Shown in pieces: positions 34,397 to 43,935 of a stretch of DNA of 64,000 nt. This stretch comes from an uncultured delta proteobacterium (GTDB lineage Bacteria > Desulfobacterota > Zymogenia > Zymogenales > Zymogenaceae). Below the pieces are notes generated by a model that was given only the letters and a program-made list of their open reading frames with translations, did not search any database and was not told where the DNA came from. Both the position numbers and the translations under genes were made by a program. Within the stretch, counting starts at the first letter, position 1, and every line of letters begins with the position of its first letter. The stretch is taken from assembly GCA_963735595.1 (NCBI GenBank), contig CAVTLK010000001.1, positions 736,001 to 800,000 of the forward strand, given 5' to 3'.

Positions 34397-35464
34397 ATGA
34401 CGCGAATCATCAAAAAGGTCTCCCTCAAGACCGGCCTTCCGCCCGGCTCCCTCGTCCACATCGGCCAGCCGCGGGCCAAGAAGACCGGGGTCTCCATCAT
34501 CGACTATAATCAGGATAGCGTATACCGAGACGCCGGACGCCTCTCGTGGCGGAATGCCGCTCGTGCATGGCGACAGACACCGTCACATGGATCAACGTCT
34601 CCGGCATCCACGAGGTCCCGGTCCTCGAGGAGATCGGTGTCGCCTTTGACTTGCACCCGCTGGTGATGGAAGACATCATGAACACGGCCCAGCGGCCCAA
34701 GATGGAGACAGTACGACCGGTACATCTATATCGTCATGAAGATGGCCTACGAGGACGAGCGGACCGACGAGATCGTCGAGGAGCAGGTCAGTATCGTGCT
34801 GGGAGACACCTACGTCATCTCCTTTCAGGAAAACGGCAAAGACGTCTTTGACAAGATCAGGCAGCGTATCAAGAAGGCCGGCGGCCTCATCAGGAAATCG
34901 GGGGCGGACTTCTTAGCCTACGCGTTGATAGACGCAGTGGTTGACGGCTACTTCGACGTGATCGAGCGGTTCGAGGAGATGATCGAGTTCCTGGAGGACA
35001 AGGTCGTCGCCGATCCCTCCCCCGCGAACCTCTCGATCATCCACGACACCAAGATGGAAACGATCATGCTCAGGAAGTCGATTTCGCCCCTGCGCGAGAT
35101 GATCGGCTTTTTGGAGCGCGGGGAGTCCCCGCTGATCAAGCGCGAGACGGTCGTCTACCTGCGCGACGTCTACGACCATACGGTGCGCCTCATCGAGACG
35201 GTCGAGACGATACGGGATATGCTCTCGGGCATGCTCGACATCTACCTGACCAACGTCAGCAACCGGATGAACGAGATCATGAAGGTCTTGACGATCATCA
35301 CGACGATCTTCATCCCGCTGTCGTTCATCACCGGGATCTACGGTATGAACTTCCAGCACATGCCGGGATTGGCAAATCCGTGGGGCTTCCCCTCCATCCT
35401 CGGGGTGATGGGAGTCGTCTTCCTCCTGATGCTGCTCTTCTTCAAGCGCAAGCGGTGGATGTGA
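34397..35464 (+). CDS. corA: Magnesium/cobalt transporter CorA; frameshifts near 34530 and 34710
   Basis: GLPPGSLVHIG, LHPLVMEDI..TAQRPK, NEIMKVLT, GIYGMNF. Confidence 0.93.
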
Positions 35465-35531
35465 GTCGTTGCCACGCTCCGCCGGTAGACGCTCGGTCCC
35501 CGCTTCCGTTACACTACCATACCATCAAATA

Positions 35532-35561
35532 GAAACCCCTTCTCTTTCGGGAAGGGGTTTC
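35532..35561. terminator. Hairpin/terminator downstream of corA
   Basis: GAAACCCCTTC ... GAAGGGGTTTC inverted repeat. Confidence 0.65.
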
Positions 35562-35586
35562 GTCATCGCGCTTCTTATCTTGGTAT

Positions 35587-35712
35587 CTACGGCGTGATCT
35601 CGCCGTCCGGGATATCCGTCCACACCGGGCCGGTCGTCACGTAGCTGCCCACGTCGTAGCTGCCCGACCACGGCCCGCCGAAGGGAGTATAGATGTTGAC
35701 CGACCAGTCCAC
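35587..35712 (-). other. Small ORF or C-terminal gene remnant (41 aa)
   Basis: VDWSVNIYTPFGGPWSGSYDVGSYVTTGPVWTDIPDGEITP*, strongly G/C-ending codons, followed by a hairpin. Confidence 0.35.
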
Positions 35713-35837
35713 CCTGCTCCCCTGCCGCGGCGCTTCGGCCTTTCGCGCCGCACGTCCCCGGCACGTTTTGTGGTTGAAACGCCGGCCCCGCTATACTATA
35801 GTCGGGTAACACCAAGCCAACCAAAAGGTATGACGAC

Positions 35838-36615
35838 ATGATCTCGAAAAAGATAGACACTGCCGCCTGCGGCATCCTCTTCTCTCTGATGGTGATTGCC
35901 ACGCTGCTCGTCCCGTCGGCCCTGGGACCGTACCGCTGGGCGCTGGTCGCGCCGCTCGTCCTTGCCGTCGTCTTCTTCCGTCTCCGATTCCCGGCGCTCT
36001 TCGGACCCTCTCTCTTCCTGCTGCTGTGCTACCTCTTCCGTCTCGCACCCGCTGCCGCCGTTGAGCTTTTTGCTCATCATCCCCATCGCGATCTATTCCG
36101 CGGTCGTCCTTTTCACCCCGTCCATCCGGCGCGAGACCGGCTGGCTGAAGTGGGGCGCTGTCACGCCGCGGCTCATCGCCGGCTCGCTGGTCGTGGTCGT
36201 CCTGAGCTCGGCCGCGCTTATCCTCTGGTACCGCGTCGTCCAGCCGGACATCGCGGCCTTCACGCGGTTCATCCCTCAGTGGCCCCTTCCGCTGCTGTTG
36301 CTCGGCGGGCTGGGTTTTGCGATCCTCAACGGAGTCGTCGAGGAGGTGATCTTCCGCGGGATCGTGTGGGACGGCATCGCGGCGCTTGTTCCCGCCCCCT
36401 TTGTCCTGCTGACCGTCCAGGCCCTCTTCTTCGGCACGGCGCACTTCTGGGGCGTTCCCAGCGGTGTCATCGGGGCGGTCCTCGCGACGATCTATGGGAT
36501 CATGCTCGGGATAATCAGGATGCGCGGGGGGGGGCTCTTGATGGCGGTCGTTACCCACGTCTTCGCGGACATTGTCATCTTCTGCATCCTCCTTGACATC
36601 GTCGGGAGAATCTGA
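35838..36615 (+). CDS. CPBP (CAAX/Abi) intramembrane metalloprotease; frameshift near 36045
   Basis: EEVIFRG, FGTAH, H-x3-D; hydrophobic N-terminus in the adjacent frame. Confidence 0.85.
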
Positions 36616-36671
36616 AGACGGCGGGCGGGGGTGCGGTTCACCCCGAAAGGCCGGGGCGTTAAAGGTACCGC

Positions 36672-36995
36672 CTATCCCATGAGGAACTTCAGCAGGAGGA
36701 TAACGCCCATCCCCCCGATAACGGTGATAATCAGGTTTTTGGTAATAACGGCGATGACGGTCGCCGCGATCCCCGCCAGGAGATAGGGATTGGTATAGGT
36801 GAGGTCGAGGCGCTTTTCGGGGGCGGCGAGCATCGGGAAGATAATGGCCGCCAGCACCGCGACCGGGACGTAGGAGAGCCAGCGGACCACGAAGGGGGGG
36901 AGCCGGTCGCCCTTCATGCCGACGATAAAAAGCACCCGGGTCAGGTAGGTGACCACCCCCATCCCCAGGAGCGTGATGATAACCTTAGCGCTCAT
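36672..36995 (-). CDS. azlD: AzlD-family branched-chain amino acid exporter, small subunit
   Basis: VTYLTRVL...LSYVPVAVLAAI; overlaps the azlC end. Confidence 0.85.
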   Translation of the reverse strand: MSAKVIITLLGMGVVTYLTRVLFIVGMKGDRLPPFVVRWLSYVPVAVLAAIIFPMLAAPEKRLDLTYTNPYLLAGIAATVIAVITKNLIITVIGGMGVILLLKFLMG

Positions 36996-37719
36996 CGCGC
37001 GTCACCAGTGCGCCCGCGAGGCTTGCGGAGATCCCCGTGATGAGGATGTACCAGCTCCCCGTGAACGCGAGATACGAGCCGACCGAAAGCACCGCCGCTA
37101 CCAGCAGCACGAAGATATCCCCCTTCCCCTTTATCTGGGGAACCAGAAGCCCGATGAATGCGGCGGCCGCCGCGAAATCGAGCCCGAACTCCTTGGGGTC
37201 GCCCAGGATGTTGCCGAAGAGCGCGCCGACCAGCGTGCCGAGATTCCACGACAAAAAGACGGCAATCCCCGACCCGATCATGTAGTCCCGAATCGAGCCG
37301 CCTTTCCCCTTCTCTGCGTAGGCCGTGGCCATGGCAAACGACTCGTCGATGAGGAAATAGGAGGCCGCCGCCTTCCCCAAGAGCCCGTGTTCGGTGAACC
37401 TCCGGGCGATGGAGGCCCCCATGATCATATGGCGCATGTTGATGATGAAGGTGGTGCCGATAATCGCGAGCGGGCTTACCCCCGCCGCAAACAGGGGCAG
37501 CGACGCGAACTGGCTCATGCCGGCAAGGACGATGACGCACGACAGCGACGCTTCGAGCACCGTCAATCCGGACTGAACCGCCAGGACGCCGTAGACCAGG
37601 CCGAAGGCCAGCACCGACACCATCACGGGGACCGATTCCGCAAAGCCCTTCCATATTTGCCGCCGGTCAAAAGCCGGACTGTCTGGATTGTTTGTATTCC
37701 CGTCCAATACGCAAACCAT
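36985..37719 (-). CDS. azlC: AzlC-family branched-chain amino acid exporter
   Basis: AGMSQF, INMRH, LIDESFA, GLDFA. Confidence 0.9.
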   Translation of the reverse strand: MVCVLDGNTNNPDSPAFDRRQIWKGFAESVPVMVSVLAFGLVYGVLAVQSGLTVLEASLSCVIVLAGMSQFASLPLFAAGVSPLAIIGTTFIINMRHMIMGASIARRFTEHGLLGKAAASYFLIDESFAMATAYAEKGKGGSIRDYMIGSGIAVFLSWNLGTLVGALFGNILGDPKEFGLDFAAAAAFIGLLVPQIKGKGDIFVLLVAAVLSVGSYLAFTGSWYILITGISASLAGALVTRDER

Positions 37720-37888
37720 AAGCGGTAGGTAAATTAGTTTATTATATCCTATGAGGTTGTGTTACTCAAGCCTTTTCACTTTCCCGCGCGGGACGAAATA
37801 GTCCTTGACAATCCAAGTATACGTTAGTATCACTAACCTGTACGGGGCCGTAGTTTCCTATCTATCATAATAGTAATAGGGGGATGAT

Positions 37889-39413
37889 ATGACGATCGGC
37901 AATCTCGTTTCCCGAAACGCGATCCAGTACCCGGACCGCGAGGCGCTTGTTTTCGAGAAGACACGCTATACCTGGTCTGACCTCAACCAGCGGGTAAACC
38001 GGCTGGCCAACTCGCTGCTCTCACTCGGTCTCAAGAAGGGAGACAAGGTGGCGATGCTGGCGGAGAACATCCCGGCTATGGTGGAGGCCAACTACGCGCT
38101 GGCAAAGATCGGCGTTGTCTACTTCCCGGTCAAAACGAGGCTCCTTGCCCCCGACATCCAATACCTCATCGACCTCTCCGACGCTAAAGCCCTCATCTTT
38201 CACGACGAGTTCGCAGAGATAGTCGCCGGCATGAAGGCAAGCCTGCCTAAAGTCAAGACGTATATCGAGGTGGGAAAAAAGGTAGAAAGCTTCGCCCTCG
38301 ACTACGAAACGTTCCTCAAGAAGGGTTCCCCCGAGGAGCCGGCGGTCCAGGTCGACGGGAAAGACCACTACATCTTCCTATGCACCGGCGGGACGACCGG
38401 GGTCAGCAAGCTGGCGATGCTCTCCCACGAAAACGCCCTATGGGCGGCTTTTACGACCGTCAACGCCTTGTCGCTCTCGCCGGCGGATACGGGGATTCAG
38501 GTGCTGCCCCTGTTCCACGTCATCATCAACAACTGCCTCAACTCCCTGTTGGCCGCCGGCGCGCGGGTGGTGCTCCAGCACCGCTTTGACCCGGTGGTAT
38601 ACATGCGGAATGTTTCTGAGGAGAAAGTTACCGTCGCCATGGTAGTGCCGCCCTTCCTCTTTAACTGGATCATGGGGGTACCGGAGGCGATCGCCTACGA
38701 CGTGAGCCACGTGAGGGTATTTGCCACCGCAGCCGCCACTTTCCCCGGATGAGCTGAAAAAGGACGTGAAGAAGTACATGCCCAACGCCGGGCTCTTCTA
38801 CACGTATGGTTTGACCGAGTCGTCGGGCGGCAACGCCACCGTTCTCCCCGACGCGATGATGTTTAAGAAGGCAGGGTCAATCGGCGTAATCAACCCCGTG
38901 CTCTCCTATCGGATCGTCGACGACCAGGGAAACGACGTAAAAATTGGCGATCCCGGCGAACTCCTCCTGAAGGGGCCGTCGGTCATATCGGGTTACTATA
39001 AACGGGATGATGAAACGAAAAAGACCTTTGTGGACGGGTGGCTCTATACGGGAGACGTTGTGAGGCGGGACAAGGAGGGATTCCTCTATTTTGTTGACCG
39101 CAGAAAAGATATGATCAAGACCGGGGGCGAAAACGTCTTCGCAAAGGAAGTCGAGGACGCCTTCCTGACCCACCCGGCCGTGCAGGAGGCCGCCGTCTTC
39201 GGCCTGCCCGATCCCAAATGGGGGGAGATGATTCACGCGGCCGTCGTCCTGAAGCCGGGCCAGGCCGCCACCGAGGACGAGCTGTTTGCCTACGCCAAGG
39301 AGAAGCTGCCCGGCTATAAGCGGCCCAAGGTGATCTATTTCCTGCCGGCGCTGCCGAGAAACCCGTCCGGCAAGGTCCTCAAATACAAGATGAAGGAAGA
39401 CTATCAGAAGTAA
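37889..39413 (+). CDS. Long-chain acyl-CoA synthetase; one frameshift near 38745
   Basis: CTGGTTGVSK, YGLTES, WLYTGD, DRRKDMIKTGGENV, PRNPSGKV. Confidence 0.9.
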
Positions 39414-39441
39414 TAGACTGTCATACAAATCCGTACGAGAT

Positions 39442-39473
39442 AAGAACCGGAGGGAATATTCCCTCCGGTTCTT
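39442..39473. terminator. Perfect 32-bp palindrome, bidirectional terminator between convergent genes
   Basis: AAGAACCGGAGGGAAT|ATTCCCTCCGGTTCTT. Confidence 0.75.
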
Positions 39474-39578
39474 GATTGTGTCGCATAAAAATATATCGCA
39501 GGACATCAGGCCGCGGCACGAGTAGCCGCAGGAATACCCGCGACGCGGTATAACGATATAGCGACCCGGCGTCGTCCG

Positions 39579-40211
39579 TCAATCGGCCAGCGTATCCAAC
39601 TCCCGCACGAGATCCTCGATAGGCGGCCGCTTGTTTATATCGTGTACGTCGATGTAGCGGATAATCCCCTTCTTGTCGATCACGAAGAGCGCCCGTTCCG
39701 ATGTCCCATCGGTCCTCAGCACGCCGTAGAGCTCGGCGGTCTTCCCGTGGGGCCAGAAGTCGGAAAGGACCGGGAACCAGACTCTTCCCGTCCCGGTGTC
39801 CATTTCGTGGGTCCATGCGAACAGCGTTGGGATATTGTCTACCGTGATACCCAGAAGGATCGCGTCGCGCTCGTCGAAGAGCTCCCTGAAGGCGTTGTAG
39901 CCCGGCCATTGATCGGAGCAGACCGGCGTCCACGCCGCGGGGACAAACGAGATGACGACGTTCTTTTTGCCCCTGAAAGACGACAGCGTGACCGTCTCCC
40001 CGCTAACCGACGGCAGCGTAAAATCGGGGGCCCGGTCGCCCACCGCCACCCGCAATACGCTGTCGGTCGGCTTAAGCTGCCCCGGGTCATAGATGCTGCC
40101 GGCAAACGCGCCCGATTCCGCCAGGGAGACTCCCGCGGCCGCGAGGAAAATGAGCGCCGTAAACAGCCAAACAAAACCGGTATCTGCGTATCGTATCCTG
40201 GTCATGAGCAC
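39579..40211 (-). CDS. Exported peroxiredoxin (AhpE/Prx-like)
   Basis: Signal peptide; VGDRAPDFTL, PAAWTPVC (P-x3-T-x2-C), LSDFWPHG, ERALFVID. Confidence 0.88.
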   Translation of the reverse strand: MLMTRIRYADTGFVWLFTALIFLAAAGVSLAESGAFAGSIYDPGQLKPTDSVLRVAVGDRAPDFTLPSVSGETVTLSSFRGKKNVVISFVPAAWTPVCSDQWPGYNAFRELFDERDAILLGITVDNIPTLFAWTHEMDTGTGRVWFPVLSDFWPHGKTAELYGVLRTDGTSERALFVIDKKGIIRYIDVHDINKRPPIEDLVRELDTLAD

Positions 40212-40214
40212 CCC

Positions 40215-40826
40215 CTATCGCAGGGAAGAGAGCATGGTTATAAAGGACCCAACGTCCTTGATCCTGCCGAGCTGGGTATATGCCACGGTTGCCTTCCCGC
40301 CGGCGATCGTAAACACGATATAGGTCGGCGTTTGCCGGATATCCAGCAGCTCCAGGACGGTATATTCGCCGTCCGGAAAGAGCGGAAACGGGATGTGGTA
40401 TTTCTTCTTAAAGATGCCTACCTCGTATTTCGAATTACCGACGCCGATGCCGATCATCCTGACCTGTTTCGAGAGGCGTGAATCCTTCTTGATACTATCG
40501 AAAAGGTCCACGGTTGCCGGCGCATCCGCCTGGCAGTGCGGGCAGTACATGCTGAAGAATTCGACCACGACGACGTCGGCTTTGATGTCTCCGGTCGTAA
40601 AGGTCTTTCCGCCCCCAATCCCCAGGTAATCCCGGTCGCCTCGGCTGTCTGGCGTTTGCAGCGTGATCGCGGGAAACGAATCGCCTACCGACGGGATAGC
40701 TCCTGCGGGTTGTGAAAAAAGCACCGCCAGTGAAAGAGCGACAATATACGGACTAAGGACTCTTAATCGAGAATAAAAGTGTCTCATCGTTTGGGTATCC
40801 TTTTTGCTGTTACCGATGATACGCAT
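40215..40826 (-). CDS. Exported TlpA-like thioredoxin-fold protein (alternative start 40787)
   Basis: FSMYCPHC, QTP cis-Pro motif, signal peptide. Confidence 0.85.
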   Translation of the reverse strand: MRIIGNSKKDTQTMRHFYSRLRVLSPYIVALSLAVLFSQPAGAIPSVGDSFPAITLQTPDSRGDRDYLGIGGGKTFTTGDIKADVVVVEFFSMYCPHCQADAPATVDLFDSIKKDSRLSKQVRMIGIGVGNSKYEVGIFKKKYHIPFPLFPDGEYTVLELLDIRQTPTYIVFTIAGGKATVAYTQLGRIKDVGSFITMLSSLR

Positions 40827-41359
40827 TAAGCACCGTCCAGCCCTCCCCGCTCGTGCTCCCGGAACCAGGACGAGGGGTCCGTCAGGTAGAGCTTGGCGTC
40901 TTCCAGGATCGTGTGATGGCTCTTCTCTTCGACGATCATCCTGCCGATGAATTCCCTCTCGATCGTATCTCCGGCTGCCGCAAGGGCACGCTCATAGAAC
41001 GCCACCGACCCCAGCTCGAAATCAATACCGACCTCAAGGGCCTGGATATCTCCGGCGTCCGCGGTTGTCCGGGAATGGTGTTTGCGCGCCAAATCCGCGA
41101 AGAAACCCGTAAGGTCGCCGTGGGAGAAGTCGTGCGCCTTCCATTCGGCGTTCCATGCGCTGCCTTTCGCGAGCGCGTTACAAATTTCGACGATCCGCGT
41201 GATATGGATATCCTCGTCGCGCTTGAGGGTCTGGAAGACCTCTCTGCCGATCTCATTGCGGCAGCTGACGGCGGCCTTTTCGTAGAAATCCTTGCCCTTC
41301 TTTTCCATTTCGAGGGCCTTATCCAGCATCGCCAGTGACGACTCCGACAAATTGCCCAT
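40826..41359 (-). CDS. Ferritin-like/rubrerythrin family di-iron protein
   Basis: ALEMEKKGKDFY...EDIH and ELGSVAFY...EEKSH duplicated E..ExxH motifs. Confidence 0.85.
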   Translation of the reverse strand: MGNLSESSLAMLDKALEMEKKGKDFYEKAAVSCRNEIGREVFQTLKRDEDIHITRIVEICNALAKGSAWNAEWKAHDFSHGDLTGFFADLARKHHSRTTADAGDIQALEVGIDFELGSVAFYERALAAAGDTIEREFIGRMIVEEKSHHTILEDAKLYLTDPSSWFREHERGGLDGA

Positions 41360-41440
41360 CTGTCGTGCTCCATAAAGGGTTAGCCGTGATGATTCGAATC
41401 AACCCTCCCGTCGGGGTCAACCCGGCCGACGGCGCGTGAT

Positions 41441-41818
41441 CTACCCTCTCCACAGGCCGTGCAGGTTGCAGTACTCGCGCACGGTATATGCGCCATCGGG
41501 AACGCAGAAAGCCGCCTCCGGCGCATCGCCCGGCTTGAGGAATGTGCGGTACGCCTTGCCCTGTTCGTCGATGATCTCGATCCACTCGATGTAGTGTTTT
41601 TCCTCCATCGGATGGGCAACGCTCCCGACCTTTACCAGCAGCCCGTCGGGCGTCTTCTCTGTAACCGGAACATGTTTTTCCTTGGCGGCATCCACGCTGT
41701 TTTCCACCTGGAGGTTCATGGGCTGCCCGCAGCATACCAGCTGCCCGCCTCCCGCGTGAACCACCTCCACGATGTTTCCGCAGATACTGCACGTATAGAT
41801 CTCGAGTCTCTTAGCCAT
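41441..41818 (-). CDS. dfx: Desulfoferrodoxin (2Fe superoxide reductase)
   Basis: CSICGN...[30 protein letters not shown]. Confidence 0.97.
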   Translation of the reverse strand: MAKRLEIYTCSICGNIVEVVHAGGGQLVCCGQPMNLQVENSVDAAKEKHVPVTEKTPDGLLVKVGSVAHPMEEKHYIEWIEIIDEQGKAYRTFLKPGDAPEAAFCVPDGAYTVREYCNLHGLWRG

Positions 41819-41886
41819 CTGTCTCTATCCTCAATTATAAATCGAAATAAAAGCGCCACGGCGCGAGAGCCGCGGTAGAAATCAGT

Positions 41887-42303
41887 TTACCGGGGTTCTA
41901 TGATTCCCTTGATATTGACAAAGACGGCCCCCCCGTCTTCCCTTGTCTGGTACCAGACGAGCGCCTTTTTGGCCGGGCCGCCGGTTACCAGGCCCTTGGC
42001 GTCGAACGCCGAGTCGTGGCAGGGGCAGAGGTACGTCCCGTCCGCCCGCCGGTCAACAACGCATCCTAAGTGCGTGCATTTAGCGCTCATAGCCTGGAAT
42101 CCGGTCTCAGTTTTAAGAACGTAGAGCTTCTCGTCCTTGAAAAGCTTCGGTTGCCCAACGGTGTAATCGCTCGATTTGCCCGCCGGTATCCACTTCTCGC
42201 CGGAACCGGCTCCGTACACCACCGGGGACCTTCCCACTCCCAGGGCCGCCGCTACCGCCAGCAGCGTTCCCAGAAAACCGCGTCGTGATACTCCGTTCGT
42301 CAT
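41887..42303 (-). CDS. Tat-exported Rieske 2Fe-2S protein
   Basis: SRRGFL Tat motif; CTHLGC and CPCHDS. Confidence 0.92.
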   Translation of the reverse strand: MTNGVSRRGFLGTLLAVAAALGVGRSPVVYGAGSGEKWIPAGKSSDYTVGQPKLFKDEKLYVLKTETGFQAMSAKCTHLGCVVDRRADGTYLCPCHDSAFDAKGLVTGGPAKKALVWYQTREDGGAVFVNIKGIIEPR

Positions 42304-42394
42304 GCCTGCCTCCTAAAAAGGTAAATAGTGACGTGTATGAGCGCCTCTCATATCGATACCGGGTATTGTGGCCCGTTCTCGCCGATAGGTCCCG

Positions 42395-42910
42395 CTATAC
42401 CAGCTCTCTGGCTGCCGCCAGAATAGCATCGTAGTGGGGTTCATTCGATACGTCGCCAACGATCTCGATATGACGGATCGTCCCCTCCCGATCGAGGACA
42501 AAGACCGCCCGCGCAAGGAGCCGGGTTTCCTTCGTCAGGACGCCGTATTTGGTACCGAAATCGGCCTCACGGTGGTCGGAATAGGTCTTGACCCGCTCGA
42601 CGCCGGCCGCGGCGCACCAGCGTCTCTGAGCAAAGGGGAGATCCATACTGATCGTGATGATTTCCACGTCCGACGACAGGTTAGCCGCTTCCTGATTGAA
42701 ACGCCGTGTTTCGAGGTCGCACGTGGGTGTATCCAGCGACGGTACGGCCGAGATGACGATAATCTTTCCCTTCAGGGAAGAGAGACTAAAGTTGCCAAGG
42801 TTATTGTCGACCGCAATAAAATCAGGCGCCCGATCCCCGACCTTCACCTCGTCGCCGACGAGCGTCAGCGGTATGCCCCCCACCGTAATCACTCCCGTGC
42901 GCTCTTTCAT
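42395..42910 (-). CDS. tpx: Thiol peroxidase
   Basis: PSLDTPTC, RRFN, SMDLPFAQRRWC, LARAVFVLD. Confidence 0.95.
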   Translation of the reverse strand: MKERTGVITVGGIPLTLVGDEVKVGDRAPDFIAVDNNLGNFSLSSLKGKIIVISAVPSLDTPTCDLETRRFNQEAANLSSDVEIITISMDLPFAQRRWCAAAGVERVKTYSDHREADFGTKYGVLTKETRLLARAVFVLDREGTIRHIEIVGDVSNEPHYDAILAAARELV

Positions 42911-42981
42911 ATCTCACCATCCTTATGCGCGATAGTTTATTATATCACGGTTCCGCGTAGAACTCAGTCTCCTCGATGAAG

Positions 42982-43029
42982 TGTGGTAATGATTACTATT
43001 ATTATATGTATCCTTGCACGTTGTGTCAA
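42982..43029 (-). promoter_or_regulatory. Consensus sigma70 promoter of tpx with an overlapping PerR/Fur-like operator
   Basis: Minus-strand TTGACA (43029-43024)-17bp-TATAAT (43006-43001), immediately followed by AATAGTAATCATTACCACA. Confidence 0.75.
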
Positions 43030-43158
43030 GTACAGGAGTGTTCTATTCCCTCTTTTTCTGTGGTCCGTGTTGACAGATACTTAAAAAGCGTGCCGGGCCG
43101 AGCAGTTTATCAGGATCGGAAATCTGTTGGGCGACCGAGAAACCGGCCCGGAACGACG

Positions 43159-43926
43159 CTACCGGGAACCGCCACGGGAGTCTCTCCCCCGGATCTTCAT
43201 CCAGGGGTCGATGACGAGGAAACTCTCGGAGATCTCGGCGGCCATCTCCCAGAGCATCGCGTTCGGGACCGCAAATGTCATCGTGCAGGGGTCGAGATAC
43301 GGACGGCACGTGATGTCAAAGCTCCCGAGGACCGCCTTCGGGAGATCGCGGCGCGCCTGCACCCTGGGCTCGGTGAGGAGGCTGTAGCAGCCGGAGGAGA
43401 ACTGGACCAGTACGTTATCCCTGCCGGGCCGGGCGTAGTTGGCAAGAAACAGCAATGCCCCCATGACATCGGCATTTCCGAATATTACGGCGGCCTCCGG
43501 CGGCTCGTCCGCCGTAAACTCGCCGAGGGGTCGGAAGACAAGATAGTCTGCCCCGGCCGGGACGTATTCCATAAGCGCCGCCGCCTCTTCGCCGAGCTCG
43601 GGGTTTTTCTTGTATCGCTCGCCGGGCAGCAGGTTCGGAATACCCGTGGAGAGAAACTTGCCGACCCCCTTCATGAGGCTCTTCCTGTACCCGGCATAGA
43701 AGGCCCCTCCCCGGCAGGCCTTCCAGTCGCTGGAGAAGTAAACGGTCTTACCCTTTCTGACCTGGTTGAGAAACGGGTAGAGACAAACCCGGCTCTTGTC
43801 AGTCACCGTAAGCGCACCCGCGGGGGGGCCGTTCGTGTAGTAAAAGCCGATCGGCCGGTCGGCGAGCCCCAGCGTCTCCACGATATATCGTTCAAGGCCG
43901 CCGAAATCTCCTGTTGCTGGGTACAC
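43159..43926 (-). CDS. DUF169 family protein
   Basis: PIGFYY, ACRGG, ERYKKNPE, SGC, GSFDITCR. Confidence 0.75.
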   Translation of the reverse strand: MYPATGDFGGLERYIVETLGLADRPIGFYYTNGPPAGALTVTDKSRVCLYPFLNQVRKGKTVYFSSDWKACRGGAFYAGYRKSLMKGVGKFLSTGIPNLLPGERYKKNPELGEEAAALMEYVPAGADYLVFRPLGEFTADEPPEAAVIFGNADVMGALLFLANYARPGRDNVLVQFSSGCYSLLTEPRVQARRDLPKAVLGSFDITCRPYLDPCTMTFAVPNAMLWEMAAEISESFLVIDPWMKIRGRDSRGGSR

Positions 43927-43935
43927 GGCACATCC

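Noticed and set aside
38740..38760. TGA at 38750-38752 as a second selenocysteine
   Set aside because: The protein continues in a different frame, so this is a frameshift, and the position is not a Cys site
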